DNA of 64,000 bases from Thermaurantimonas sp. (GCF_046299575.1 NZ_JBKBHX010000006.1:105565-169564); one strand, 5' to 3'. Shown: positions 9,374-19,731, counted from the first letter of the stretch. Numbers and translations: made by a program. Notes: generated by a model not told the origin, from the sequence alone.

Positions 9374-11259
9374 AATATGCTGTTTTGATAATCTTGACGA
9401 AGTTTATTGAGCCGCCGTTCATTCCACTCGAACAGAGTAAATACCGCCCATATTAACCACCCATTTTTCTCATTAGAACTGCTCTGCCAAAGCAATTCAA
9501 GTTGTTTTTTATCAAAATAATTATGCCATTGCGAAGGTAGTTCCAAAACACGCTCGCGAACGCGCTCGAGTAACAATCCATTAATCCAATCATCAATTGG
9601 CACTGTAAAACCTTTTTTAGGTAGCAAACTGAGTGATGCATCTCCATGCATTGAGGCAAATAAGTCTCTCAACGGTATTTTGCCGTGATATTTGCCAATA
9701 CACATATCGTACCTATAGTTTGTAGAAGCATCCAACATATCATTACTCAGCAGCGGTACTCTCACTTCTAAGCTGTGATACATGGAAGTTCGATCCACTT
9801 TGAGTAAAACGCGTTGCATATGCAAGTCAAATTCAATCTTTCGTTGCACATTCATCAAATCGCGTACATTGGATAGCGACAGTTCAGTCAGATCGTCTAC
9901 AATTTTTTTTAAAAAAAAAGGAGGTTCGGGTTGATGCTTGAAAATGCGACCTGCCCATTTTTTTGCTCCAGTGATAAAAATTTTATTATATACATATGTT
10001 GTAAAGTCCGGATATCTAAGCAGCTCTAGTGGTATAGATTCGCTAAGTGGGCTTATTTTGTTCCAACAAATTAGCGCTCGACGAGGCCATTTTTTTTTTA
10101 AAAAAATAGAAGCATAATTTACTGTGTATCGATTGCGCGGGTAGCCCCAAAACAATTCGTCGCCCCCGTCTCCCGACAGCGCAACAGTGATGCGTTCTTT
10201 GGCAAACTGAGCCAGCAGTAGCGCAGGAAGAGACGAATAATCAGCAAAAGGCTCAGAAAATGCCTCTGAATTTTGGCTAATTAAATTGAACAAAACATCG
10301 GATTCGTCTATTTTCCTTAGATGATGGCGCAAACCGAACGCACGAGCCACAGTATAAGCTTCATTTGACTCATCCATAAAGCCGCCCGAGGCGAGACCGA
10401 TAGTGTATGCCTCTAGATCCTGCCGCATACCAGATGCAGCAGCACTTACCAATGAAGAATCAATGCCACCTGACTGAAACACGCCTAAAGGCACATCACT
10501 TACTAATTGACTTTGTACCGATGCAGACAGCACTTCTTGGAGGTTTGGTATTGAGTATTCAGTAGCCAGCCGTTTCACCGGATAATTGTAGTAAGCGCTA
10601 AGTTTAAGTGAGCCATTCCGATCAACGATAAGGCTATGACCATGGGGTAGCAGAAACGTGTCCTTATACAACGCTTCGCCGTCAGGCACAAAACCGAGCC
10701 TTAGATAGTTAGCCAAAGCATCTGGATTTATCCTAAGGTTTTGAAAGTCTTCTTGGCATAACAGTAAATCATAATCTGAGCAAAATAACAAATGATTTTT
10801 GCTGACAGCATAGTAAAGCGGCTTTATACCGCTACGGTCGCGGGCTAGCGTCAGTGTTCCACTTTCTGCGTCATACCATGCCAAAGCAAACATTCCATCA
10901 AGCATAGGTAATGTCAACTCTATTCCCAACTGCAAGAGGCAATGCAGTAGAACTTCAGTATCAGAATGGGTACGAAATTTAACAGCAAATCTTAGACGAT
11001 TTTTAAGTTTTTCAGTATTATAAATCTCGCCATTGAATACAAGCATAAAACGCCCCGATGGATCCAACATGGGTTGATTTGCCGCTTCGCTTAAATCTCT
11101 TATAGCTAAACGCCTAAAGCCAAAAATTGCCTGACCAATCTCTGCATATCCTTCTGCGTCAGGACCACGTCGACGCATTTGTCCAGTAGCCCAACGCACA
11201 AAACGTTCGATTCCATGTTCACGTCTCCCAAAAGAAATAGCTCCGACGATCCCACACAT
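9370..11259 (-). CDS. Asparagine synthase (glutamine-hydrolysing)-like amidotransferase
   Basis: 629 aa. MCGIVGAISF (Cys2), NGEIYN, VFQSGGIDSS PP-loop and LSGDGGDELFWGY. Confidence 0.9.
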   Translation of the reverse strand: MCGIVGAISFGRREHGIERFVRWATGQMRRRGPDAEGYAEIGQAIFGFRRLAIRDLSEAANQPMLDPSGRFMLVFNGEIYNTEKLKNRLRFAVKFRTHSDTEVLLHCLLQLGIELTLPMLDGMFALAWYDAESGTLTLARDRSGIKPLYYAVSKNHLLFCSDYDLLLCQEDFQNLRINPDALANYLRLGFVPDGEALYKDTFLLPHGHSLIVDRNGSLKLSAYYNYPVKRLATEYSIPNLQEVLSASVQSQLVSDVPLGVFQSGGIDSSLVSAAASGMRQDLEAYTIGLASGGFMDESNEAYTVARAFGLRHHLRKIDESDVLFNLISQNSEAFSEPFADYSSLPALLLAQFAKERITVALSGDGGDELFWGYPRNRYTVNYASIFLKKKWPRRALICWNKISPLSESIPLELLRYPDFTTYVYNKIFITGAKKWAGRIFKHQPEPPFFLKKIVDDLTELSLSNVRDLMNVQRKIEFDLHMQRVLLKVDRTSMYHSLEVRVPLLSNDMLDASTNYRYDMCIGKYHGKIPLRDLFASMHGDASLSLLPKKGFTVPIDDWINGLLLERVRERVLELPSQWHNYFDKKQLELLWQSSSNEKNGWLIWAVFTLFEWNERRLNKLRQDYQNSIL

Positions 11260-11262
11260 AAT

Positions 11263-12720
11263 TTAAGAGTAAAGCGTTTTTAATTTAGATAACTTACGAT
11301 GCAAGTCGGGGCGGAAAAGCAAAGCATAAGCAATTAAATATGTCAAAACAAATACTATTCCTAATGTCGCCAAAGCCAATAAGCGGTTTACATGCTTTTC
11401 CGCTTCCCAAGACCACAAAAAAAATTGTACAAAAAGATATGCTACCATTACAGGTAGAATCGGTGGTAGTGTTTTTTTCAAAAAAATACGCAACGAATAC
11501 CCCAAATGACTTAAAGGTACATGGTTGGCAACAAAAAAATTTACAATAATACTCATGATGGTATAAATTATAGCAAAAGTTACTATGTTCCCACTCCAAA
11601 CACCTAATAAATAACCTACCGTAAAGGCTATCGCACTTATGATTGAGTATATTGCCATCTGACGCACTAAATTGTTAACCAAATAAAGACTACCGATGGG
11701 TGCGGTCACTGCTTGGAACGCTCCAGCAATTGTCAACCACTGAATAAGGTGTATTAAATCAACGTAGCGTTCACTATCAAATAATAAAGGCACCCACAAT
11801 GGAGCTGTTACACTTGCCAAAGCCATAAGTGGAAAACTGATAAATCCAATAAACGAAACAACTTTCACGTAAAAATTAACCAAGGCTTTTGTAGAATCTT
11901 GCATTCGAGCCAGAGTTGGATATAAAACCGATTGTATCCGAGAACTCAAGAATTTCATCGGTAGTAGCATAATTTTATACGCAATGCTGTACTGACCCAC
12001 CACACCAACATCAAAAAATCGTCCGATAATCAAATAATCTAAGTTACGCGATAGGTAATTTAATACTTGATTGCTACTTAGCCAAAACGTAAAACTCCGC
12101 TCGTCGTCACCCAGTCTCGAGCGTAGATGCGGAACGATTCGGAAACGCGAAAACAAAGTAAAACCCAAAACTACAAATGCCGGCGTAGCCAGATTGCGTA
12201 AGACCAACGACCAATAACCTCCCTTCATTGACGCATAAATAACAGCTAATACATTGCCAGCAAATAACCCGATTGTATAGTACAAAGCTGGCATTTTGAA
12301 ATCAAGAACGCGTTGATAAAGTGCATTGTAGAATGCAACTGTACTATTGAGTATTAAACCAAGGCTACTAACACTTATTATCAGTACCACATCTTGTCGA
12401 ATATCAGACTGATACCAGAGGACATAAATCTGCCCGCCAAATATGCAAGCGACTGCTAATCCTGCACTCAAAAGAAGACATTTTCCATAATAATGCCCTA
12501 ATTGCTTTTCATCAGACACGTGGTTCTTAATAACTAATTGTGGAATGCCAAAGCCATTCAAAATATCAAACAGGCCAACTAATACTGTAGAAACCGCCAC
12601 GATTCCAAAATCTTCAGGTCTGAGATACTTGGCCAACAGGATCAGTGAGACGTAATTTGCGACAAAATATGCCACTTGTTGAATAACTGTCCAGTTTAAA
12701 CCCTGTACAAATTTACTCAT
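11263..12720 (-). CDS. Polysaccharide flippase, MOP/Wzx family
   Basis: 485 aa and about 12-14 transmembrane segments. The start pattern (MSKFVQGLNWTVIQQVAYFVANYVSLILLAKYL) is typical of polysaccharide biosynthesis (Wzx) proteins. Confidence 0.8.
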   Translation of the reverse strand: MSKFVQGLNWTVIQQVAYFVANYVSLILLAKYLRPEDFGIVAVSTVLVGLFDILNGFGIPQLVIKNHVSDEKQLGHYYGKCLLLSAGLAVACIFGGQIYVLWYQSDIRQDVVLIISVSSLGLILNSTVAFYNALYQRVLDFKMPALYYTIGLFAGNVLAVIYASMKGGYWSLVLRNLATPAFVVLGFTLFSRFRIVPHLRSRLGDDERSFTFWLSSNQVLNYLSRNLDYLIIGRFFDVGVVGQYSIAYKIMLLPMKFLSSRIQSVLYPTLARMQDSTKALVNFYVKVVSFIGFISFPLMALASVTAPLWVPLLFDSERYVDLIHLIQWLTIAGAFQAVTAPIGSLYLVNNLVRQMAIYSIISAIAFTVGYLLGVWSGNIVTFAIIYTIMSIIVNFFVANHVPLSHLGYSLRIFLKKTLPPILPVMVAYLFVQFFLWSWEAEKHVNRLLALATLGIVFVLTYLIAYALLFRPDLHRKLSKLKTLYS

Positions 12721-13338
12721 TCATTCCGTCTTTTTAATTAAGATACCTGTTGTTTGATAGTAAAACCCTAAATGGTATCTGATACGCTGACGGTAACCCC
12801 AAATTGGGAAGCGTGATTGCTTAATTGAATAGTATTTAGGATCTTTGATTACGATCACCTCCCCGCACAAAAGATACCCGCGGGTTTGCTCCAATACCAA
12901 CGAAGCCAGTTTATTAGGTGTGGGGCGGAAGCCATTATCAATTGGATCGAAGTGCAAAGGATATCTCCTCGGTACAGTAAGCAGTATGTATCCGCCCGAT
13001 TTTACGACACTTATCACGTTCCGCAGCACCATCGGGATATCACTCACATGCTCAAGCATATTGGTGCATAAGGCCAGATCAAACTGGCGACATATTTGAC
13101 GTGGAAAATCCGCTGATGTAATATCGGCTACTATATCCACACCTTCTGCCTTCTTGATATCCACATGAGTAATACTCACACCTCTTCGCTCTAATGGCTC
13201 AATAACCTCCTGATGAATATGTGGCTGTACAATCTTACGAAATTCAGCAGTAGAAGCCCCGAGATTAACTGCCGTACAACCTTTTAGTTGAAGACCTGTT
13301 AGTACAGTCCTAATCCAATGTGCTTCTTCTTTAAACAT
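12721..13338 (-). CDS. Class I SAM-dependent methyltransferase
   Basis: 205 aa. Has a VNLGAS glycine-rich motif I-like segment, an LCTNMLEHV motif and GGYILLTVP. Confidence 0.65.
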   Translation of the reverse strand: MFKEEAHWIRTVLTGLQLKGCTAVNLGASTAEFRKIVQPHIHQEVIEPLERRGVSITHVDIKKAEGVDIVADITSADFPRQICRQFDLALCTNMLEHVSDIPMVLRNVISVVKSGGYILLTVPRRYPLHFDPIDNGFRPTPNKLASLVLEQTRGYLLCGEVIVIKDPKYYSIKQSRFPIWGYRQRIRYHLGFYYQTTGILIKKTE

Positions 13339-14062
13339 GTTTTCGGCAGTAAAAAAATACTTCGCTTATGCCTGAAGTATTACGCAGAGCGTACCGGTGT
13401 ATTTCGTCGGAAGTAAAAAAATCAGTATATCGTACCAATTGTACCTCGAATCCGACTTCTTGCAAGCGCTCTACAACATCCAACCCATAAATACGCAAAT
13501 GATCTTCCTGCCCAAATGTTATCTGACGATCACGGGGGTCAATAATAGTTGGATTTTCATAAGTGGGGTGCAACTCCGACGGCCAGATAGGAACTTGCAC
13601 AAAGGCAACTCCACCAGGTTTTAGAATGCGATGCATTTCAAGCATGGCCTGCCTATCGTCTTCGATATGTTCCAACACATGGAAACAGATCAAATAATCC
13701 CAATGCGCATCTGGACAATCCACTCGTGTCAGATTATAGGCGTAATCTGCATCTTCTAAACTTAAGTCAGAGCATTTGTACAAAGGCAGCATTTCAGTTA
13801 GTTTTCGGCGCAATGCTGGTTCTGGTGCAAAATGCAACACGCTTTTGTGAGGCTCGTTGACTACGCAACCAATATTAATAAAATATCGCCAAAGGATTCG
13901 ATGGCGCTCTACACAGCCGCATGAAGGACATTTAGCATTGACGCGTTTGGTATGAAGACCTCCAGGTAAGAAAGCTCTAGCCTTAAAACCACAAAGTGGA
14001 CATTCATGCTGATTTCCTGAGTATTTGAGTTTTAAAATTAACCTTTTAATTACTTTTTTCAT
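13331..14062 (-). CDS. Class I SAM-dependent methyltransferase with an N-terminal CxxC...CxxC zinc ribbon
   Basis: 243 aa. CPLCG...CPSCG, then ICFHVLEHIEDDRQAMLEMHRILKPGGVAFVQVP. Confidence 0.7.
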   Translation of the reverse strand: MKKVIKRLILKLKYSGNQHECPLCGFKARAFLPGGLHTKRVNAKCPSCGCVERHRILWRYFINIGCVVNEPHKSVLHFAPEPALRRKLTEMLPLYKCSDLSLEDADYAYNLTRVDCPDAHWDYLICFHVLEHIEDDRQAMLEMHRILKPGGVAFVQVPIWPSELHPTYENPTIIDPRDRQITFGQEDHLRIYGLDVVERLQEVGFEVQLVRYTDFFTSDEIHRYALRNTSGISEVFFYCRKHV

Positions 14063-14109
14063 TCTTGAATAGATTGCATTAAGTGTAAGAATACCTTCTG
14101 ATAGTATGC

Positions 14110-14400
14110 TCAGGTTACATAAGAGAGAAATTTAAGAAAAGTACTCTCACCCGCGCCATTGTGGCCGATGATGCCGAGTACTTCTCCCTTCTGTTCAGAG
14201 AAGTTAATGTCTTTGAGCGCCCAGTGTACTGAAGAGTCATCCTCACCATTGAAGCGGGTGAGGGAGCGAAGATTCCGAAGATTACGAATTGGGGATTTGA
14301 CGATGTCTATTATCTGACCAAAGAGTGTATCGTGTGATTGCTCCTTACTTCCAACGCGATACGCTTTGGAGAGATTTTCGACGCGTATAACTTCTTTCAT
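14110..14400 (-). pseudogene. Remnant of the Wzt/TagH-type ABC transporter ATP-binding subunit (first about 96 codons only)
   Basis: MKEVIRVENLSKAYRVG...HWALKDINFSEQKGEVLGIIGHNGAGESTFLKFLSYVT then a stop. The ORF ends just after a degenerate Walker A (GAGES where GAGKS is expected). The Q-loop, signature and Walker B are absent. The next gene starts only 47 nt downstream. Confidence 0.75.
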
Positions 14401-15227
14401 CAGGCTACGTCGGCAAATTTTCGTTCAAACTTGTTGAAATATGCTGTACCACCCAAAAAAACAAGTACAGCAACCAGAGAACCTAACCCAAACTGTGCGT
14501 AGGGAAATGTCAGCGTCGGGATAAACGCGGCCCGAAAGCCCTCAATCACCCCTACCATAGGATTAAGCGCATAGATGGTTTGGTATTTTTCAGGTATTAC
14601 AGAGGATGGATACACCACCGGACAGGCATACATCAGAATCTGAACAAGAAAAGACAAGGCATGCTTTACATCGCGGTACTGAACGGCCAATGCTGAAAGG
14701 AAGGAACCTATACCCAGTGAAAACAGCAGCATGACCAAAACAATTACAGGCAGCCACAGAATATTGGCTGAGGGAAGAATTCTGAAATACAGTAAAAATC
14801 CTATCAGTACTGCCAAACCAATCAGAAAATCCAGCAACTTGGAAAATGCCGCAGAGAGTGGCAGAATGATTCTCGGAAAATAGACTTTTGTAATCATAGA
14901 GGCATTGCCAACCACGCTGTTACTCGCTTCGGTCAGCGTATTGGAAAAGTAATTCCAAATTACCATCCCGGAGAAGCTAAAAAGAATGTAAGGCATTCCA
15001 TTGGAACTGACTTTCACCAGATTTCCGAAAATGATGGTAAATACTATTGTAGTAAATAAGGGCTGAATGATTGCCCAGCTAATACCTAATACGGATTGCG
15101 CATACTTGGCTTTTATGCCTCTGATCACCATGAAATACAAAAGATCTTTGTACCGGATCAACTCTTTGACTGATTCAGCGAACCAGTTTTTTCCGGGTTC
15201 GATAATGATTTCGTTTCTGCTTTCCAT
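14400..15227 (-). CDS. ABC-2 type polysaccharide export permease (Wzm-like)
   Basis: 275 aa and 6 predicted transmembrane segments. The ABC-2 pattern (LIRYKDLLYFMVIRGIKAKYAQSVLGISWAIIQP) is present. Its stop overlaps the start of the wzt remnant. Confidence 0.85.
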   Translation of the reverse strand: MESRNEIIIEPGKNWFAESVKELIRYKDLLYFMVIRGIKAKYAQSVLGISWAIIQPLFTTIVFTIIFGNLVKVSSNGMPYILFSFSGMVIWNYFSNTLTEASNSVVGNASMITKVYFPRIILPLSAAFSKLLDFLIGLAVLIGFLLYFRILPSANILWLPVIVLVMLLFSLGIGSFLSALAVQYRDVKHALSFLVQILMYACPVVYPSSVIPEKYQTIYALNPMVGVIEGFRAAFIPTLTFPYAQFGLGSLVAVLVFLGGTAYFNKFERKFADVA

Positions 15228-16261
15228 TACGCTAAGCCGTGGTAATTTTTATACCAATCCACAAAATTTTTCAATCCTTTTTCAATCGGAGTGTGTGGTT
15301 CAAAACCGACCAGATCAGATAGATCTGCTACATCGGCATAGGTTGTAAGTACGTCACCCGGCTGTAGTGGCAGGAGCTCGATTTGAGCCTTTTTTCCAAT
15401 TATATTTTCCAAATGGTGGACAAAAACCATCAGATTAACGGGTGAATGATTTCCGATGTTTAAAACTCTGTAAGGTGCTTTTGAAACTGCGGGGGAGACT
15501 TTACGATTTTCATCTCTGTATGGTGGCTGTCCGATAAGGCGGCTTATACTTTCGACAATGTCGTCCACATAGGTAAAATCGCGCTTCATATTGCCGTAAT
15601 TAAACACCTGGATGGGTTTTTCTTCCAGTATTGCTTTGGTAAACTTATATGTAGCCATATCTGGTCTTCCCCAAGGTCCATAAACAGTGAAGAACCTTAA
15701 ACCCGTGGTGGGGAGATTATACAAATGACTGTAGGTGTGCGCTATAAGTTCATTCGACTTTTTGGAGGCTGCATACAGCGATATCGGATGATCGACACTA
15801 TCGCCGGTAGAATATGGCACTTTTTCGTTCAGCCCATAAACACTGCTGCTGGAAGCATAAATGAAGTGCGAACACTTCTGTTGCTTTGCTTTTTCTATGA
15901 TGTTGTAAAAACCTAAGATATTTGACTGAATATAAGCCTCCGGATTCTCAAGTGAGTATCTTACACCGACCTGAGCGGCTAAATGAATAATTACATCAAA
16001 ATTGTATTGAGAAAAAACGTTTTCTACTTCTTTTGAATCAGTTATATCTATCTGAAAAAAATCAAAGTTTGATGTTTTATAATATTTTTCAGATTCTACC
16101 AATTCTACCCCCAATTCTTTAAGTCTTGCTTTTTTCAGAGCAGGATCGTAATAGGAGTTTAAGTTATCAATGCCGACGATTTTTTGAGAGTTGCCAAATA
16201 TTTTTTTGATAAGGTGAAAACCAATGAACCCTGCTGCTCCGGTAACTAAAATGTTTTTCAA
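15227..16261 (-). CDS. NAD-dependent nucleotide-sugar epimerase (UDP-glucuronate 4-epimerase-like, extended SDR)
   Basis: MKNILVTGAAGFIGFHL, an YASSSSVYG ... YAASK catalytic pattern, 344 aa. Confidence 0.8.
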   Translation of the reverse strand: MKNILVTGAAGFIGFHLIKKIFGNSQKIVGIDNLNSYYDPALKKARLKELGVELVESEKYYKTSNFDFFQIDITDSKEVENVFSQYNFDVIIHLAAQVGVRYSLENPEAYIQSNILGFYNIIEKAKQQKCSHFIYASSSSVYGLNEKVPYSTGDSVDHPISLYAASKKSNELIAHTYSHLYNLPTTGLRFFTVYGPWGRPDMATYKFTKAILEEKPIQVFNYGNMKRDFTYVDDIVESISRLIGQPPYRDENRKVSPAVSKAPYRVLNIGNHSPVNLMVFVHHLENIIGKKAQIELLPLQPGDVLTTYADVADLSDLVGFEPHTPIEKGLKNFVDWYKNYHGLA

Positions 16262-16275
16262 CGGTATATTGAAAA

Positions 16276-17229
16276 TTAAACCAATTGAAATGAATAAAAT
16301 TCCACAGTGTTTTTTAATCCCTTCAACAGATCGTCATCCGGATTGTAATTTCCTTCAATTCTTGCCCTGTTTATATCTGCGAGAGAATATAATATGTCGC
16401 CTTTACGCATAGGACCATGGATGGTATCTACCTGAGTGCCCGTGATCTGCCGGATCATTTTCCAAAGGGTGTTCAGATCAGTTGTCTTTCCGCAGGCTAC
16501 ATTCCATACATAGTGGCGACCGATTGTCAAATCGTTTAGCAATGCATTTGTATTGATCTGAACAACGTTGGCAACCGGTGTAAAATCGCGCGTAATGGTG
16601 CCATCACCATTGATAACGGGTGGTGTATTGGTTAGGGCAGCTTTGATAAACAAAGGTATGACTGCGGCATACGGACCGTTGGGATCTTGCTTTGGGCCGA
16701 AAACATTGAAATATCGAAGGCCGACAAAGGTCATATCGTAGTTGCGCGCATAGGCCTCTGCATAGAGCTCGTTGGTCATTTTGGTTGCCGCATATGGCGA
16801 AAGCACTTTTCCAACACGGTCTTCTACTTTGGGCGATTCTTCCAGGTCACCATAAACTGACGAAGAAGATGCGTAGACAATTCTTTTTATACCATGAGTG
16901 CGGGCAGCCTCGATGATGTTGATAAAGCCGTTTACATTCACATCGTGAGAGGTCCTAGGATCATCAATGCTTCGGGGTACACTGCCAAGCGCTGCCTGAT
17001 GGCAAATGGCATCCACACCCTCTGCAGCCCTCATACAGACCTCAGCATCCCGGATGTCACCTTCAATAAAAGAAAATTTGGGATGAGACATGAATTCCTG
17101 AATATTTTTCATGTACCCTGTCGCAAGGTTATCTAAGCCCACGACAAATGAAATTCGGGGATTATTTAAAAATGATTCCAAAAGATTTGAACCTATGAAA
17201 CCGGCAACACCGGTAAGTAATATTTTCAC
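16276..17229 (-). CDS. NAD-dependent epimerase/dehydratase, WbpP/TviC-like (UDP-GlcNAc(A) 4-epimerase type)
   Basis: MKILLTGVAGFIGSNLLE, GLDNLATGY, YASSSSVYG, YAATK. It is adjacent to a TviB/WbpO-like dehydrogenase. Confidence 0.8.
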   Translation of the reverse strand: MKILLTGVAGFIGSNLLESFLNNPRISFVVGLDNLATGYMKNIQEFMSHPKFSFIEGDIRDAEVCMRAAEGVDAICHQAALGSVPRSIDDPRTSHDVNVNGFINIIEAARTHGIKRIVYASSSSVYGDLEESPKVEDRVGKVLSPYAATKMTNELYAEAYARNYDMTFVGLRYFNVFGPKQDPNGPYAAVIPLFIKAALTNTPPVINGDGTITRDFTPVANVVQINTNALLNDLTIGRHYVWNVACGKTTDLNTLWKMIRQITGTQVDTIHGPMRKGDILYSLADINRARIEGNYNPDDDLLKGLKNTVEFYSFQLV

Positions 17230-17248
17230 CAGAGACTAAGTATTCGTT

Positions 17249-18568
17249 TTACAATCGTGCGTCAACGCACTCTTTTGGAAGAATGGCTTTAACATCGAAG
17301 ATTACCTGAGAGGGTGACTTGCAGAGGTTAATGTCTTTAAATTCGTTATGCGCCACTGCAAGAATTATCGCCTGATATTGCGAGAGATCAGGCATGTTTC
17401 CGTGCCCGGTAAGGATGTCAATTCCGTATTCATGTTTTACCTCTTCAGCACTAGCCCAGGGATCGTAAATGTCCACGTTTATATCGAAGCTTCTGAGCTC
17501 TTTATAGATGTCGATCACGCGGGTATTGCGTGTATCGGGACAGTTCTCCTTAAAGGTAAATCCGAGGATAAGCACTTTTGAGTCAATAACGCGCAGGTCT
17601 TTGCGCATCATGAGCTTTATGGTTTCAGTGGCTACATGCTTACCCATAGAGTCATTGAGCCGGCGGCCAGCCAATATGATTTCAGGGTGATAGCCGACCT
17701 CCTGAGCCTTCTGAGCCAGATAGTAAGGGTCGACACCAATGCAATGGCCCCCTACAAGACCTGGTTTGAATTTCAGAAAATTCCACTTGGTGCCGGCAGC
17801 CTCCAGTACTTCAGATGTGTCAATGCCAAGGAGATTGAATATTTTAGAAAGTTCGTTTACGAAGGCGATATTTATGTCGCGCTGACTGTTTTCGATGACC
17901 TTGGCAGCCTCGGCTACTTTGATAGAAGAAGCTTTGAATGTACCAGCAGTAATTACTGACCGGTAAAGCTGATCGACATACTCAGCTACTTCAGGCGTAG
18001 ATCCGGATGTGACCTTGAGGATTTTGGTGACAGTGTGCTCTTTATCACCGGGATTGATGCGCTCGGGAGAGTAGCCACAATAGAAATCTTCGTTGAATTT
18101 TAGTTTAGAACCCCTCTCGAGTATGGGAACCATCTCTTCTTCGGTTACGCCGGGATACACAGTAGATTCGTAAATGACTACATCGCCTCTTTTCAACACT
18201 TTGGAAACCGTTTCAGAGGCTTTAATCATGGGTGTGAGATCCGGACGGTTATGCTTGTCAGTGGGTGTAGGTACAGTCACTATGTAGATGTTACAAGATG
18301 ACAGATCTCCAATAGCCATTGAGGGATAGAGTCCTACACGACCGTTGTACAGCTCCATTGGATTTTTTACCAGTACCTTTTGTAAATCCTCATCTGATAC
18401 TTCAAGGGTATGGTCGTGTCCCTTGAGCAACTCATCGATACGTGCTGAATTTATATCGAAGCCTACCACTTTGTACTTTGAGGCAAGTGCCACAGCCAGT
18501 GGAAGGCCTACATATCCTAAACCTATGACTCCAATCTTGGATTCACTAAGAGGTTTGAGTTCTGCCAT
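17249..18568 (-). CDS. Nucleotide-sugar 6-dehydrogenase (WbpO/TviB-like UDP-N-acetyl-hexosamine dehydrogenase)
   Basis: [17 protein letters not shown] Rossmann motif, a GGHCIGVDP catalytic Cys motif and [11 protein letters not shown] place the start at the internal ATG (MAELKP, 18568) to minimise overlap with the upstream gene. The track ORF runs to 18598. Confidence 0.9.
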   Translation of the reverse strand: MAELKPLSESKIGVIGLGYVGLPLAVALASKYKVVGFDINSARIDELLKGHDHTLEVSDEDLQKVLVKNPMELYNGRVGLYPSMAIGDLSSCNIYIVTVPTPTDKHNRPDLTPMIKASETVSKVLKRGDVVIYESTVYPGVTEEEMVPILERGSKLKFNEDFYCGYSPERINPGDKEHTVTKILKVTSGSTPEVAEYVDQLYRSVITAGTFKASSIKVAEAAKVIENSQRDINIAFVNELSKIFNLLGIDTSEVLEAAGTKWNFLKFKPGLVGGHCIGVDPYYLAQKAQEVGYHPEIILAGRRLNDSMGKHVATETIKLMMRKDLRVIDSKVLILGFTFKENCPDTRNTRVIDIYKELRSFDINVDIYDPWASAEEVKHEYGIDILTGHGNMPDLSQYQAIILAVAHNEFKDINLCKSPSQVIFDVKAILPKECVDARL

Positions 18569-19100
18569 TTTGTTCTTCGTTTTTGTAAATGAGTACAATA
18601 GAATCGCCGTGAACCGACTTTAGCGATTCAATGTCCGAAAATACGGAAGTATAAATTTTGCGATTTATGACATTTGTTGCCTTTTGTGTAAGGAATTCAA
18701 GATACTCGACATCAATATTTTTACCTATTAAAGCAATGTCTAAACGATCTGAATCAACACCTTTAGCAAAGGATCCGGTTAGATAAACTTCATTGACATT
18801 ACCCAAGCGTTCGATCACGCGCTCTATAACTGTATCAATGCCCACATAGGAGCGAATCAACTGAAACACCGGATTGAAAAGTGGATGATTTTTGTTAACT
18901 GAGTAAAGCTTTTTGTTGCCTTGGGTTTCCGATACAAGCATTCCAGCTTCTTCCAGCTTATTTAGCTCCAGACGAATGGCATTGCTGCTTTCTCCGAATT
19001 CGGCTTCAAGTCCCCTCAGATATCCTTTCGTTTCGGTATTGAGAAAGAACTTTAAAAGCAGTTTAATGCGTGTTTTGGATGAAATAAGCGTATCCAGCAT
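18546..19100 (-). CDS. Winged-helix (ArsR-like) DNA-binding protein with a C-terminal nucleotidyltransferase-like domain
   Basis: The N-terminus ([13 protein letters not shown]...[30 protein letters not shown]) resembles a wHTH. The C-terminus ([22 protein letters not shown]) resembles the minimal NTase G-S ... D-x-D motif. Confidence 0.5.
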   Translation of the reverse strand: MLDTLISSKTRIKLLLKFFLNTETKGYLRGLEAEFGESSNAIRLELNKLEEAGMLVSETQGNKKLYSVNKNHPLFNPVFQLIRSYVGIDTVIERVIERLGNVNEVYLTGSFAKGVDSDRLDIALIGKNIDVEYLEFLTQKATNVINRKIYTSVFSDIESLKSVHGDSIVLIYKNEEQNGRTQTS

Positions 19101-19101
19101 A

Positions 19102-19731
19102 TTAGTTGGTGCCGTCGAAGGGCGGCATAGGTTGGGTTTGCGAATTCTGAATGCCTTCGGCCCGAAGTACTTTGATAAAAGTAAGGAACAAAATTTTTAG
19201 GTCGAACCAAAAGCTACACTTTTCTACATATTCTGCGTCAAGACGAAATTTCTGTGCCCATGTGAGCGAATTACGTCCATTTACCTGTGCCCAGCCGGTG
19301 ATACCCGGACGCACTTTGTATCTAACCAATTGCCAGGGCTGGTGCAGAGGAATATATTTAAATAGCAAGGGGCGCGGACCTACCAAACTCATATGGCCTA
19401 GCACTACGTTGATAAGTTGTGGCAGCTCATCAAGCGAATAAGCCCTTAAAAAGCGACCTAAGGGCGTAATGCGCATGTAGTCCGGGAGCAACTTACCGGT
19501 ACTATCGCGCTCGTCGGTCATGGTTTTGAATTTTAGCACATAAAAAGCGCGTTGTTCCTTGCCCGGTCTTTCTTGGTAGAAGAATATCTTACCTTTATTT
19601 TGGAAAAACAAAACAATTGCGATGAGTAAGATTAATGGCCAAAGAATCAAAAGAGCTGTGGAGGAGATTAAAATGTCTAAAATTCTCTTGAAAAAGTCTC
19701 TGTAAACTCGCATCAAATTCGCACAGAACAA
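19102..19731 (-). CDS. Undecaprenyl-phosphate sugar phosphotransferase (small bacterial sugar transferase family, initiating enzyme)
   Basis: 209 aa. KRILDILISSTALLILWPLILLIAIVL, FKFKTM, DELPQLINVLGHMSLVGPRP-type motif, PGITGWAQVNGR. Confidence 0.9.
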   Translation of the reverse strand: MFCANLMRVYRDFFKRILDILISSTALLILWPLILLIAIVLFFQNKGKIFFYQERPGKEQRAFYVLKFKTMTDERDSTGKLLPDYMRITPLGRFLRAYSLDELPQLINVVLGHMSLVGPRPLLFKYIPLHQPWQLVRYKVRPGITGWAQVNGRNSLTWAQKFRLDAEYVEKCSFWFDLKILFLTFIKVLRAEGIQNSQTQPMPPFDGTN

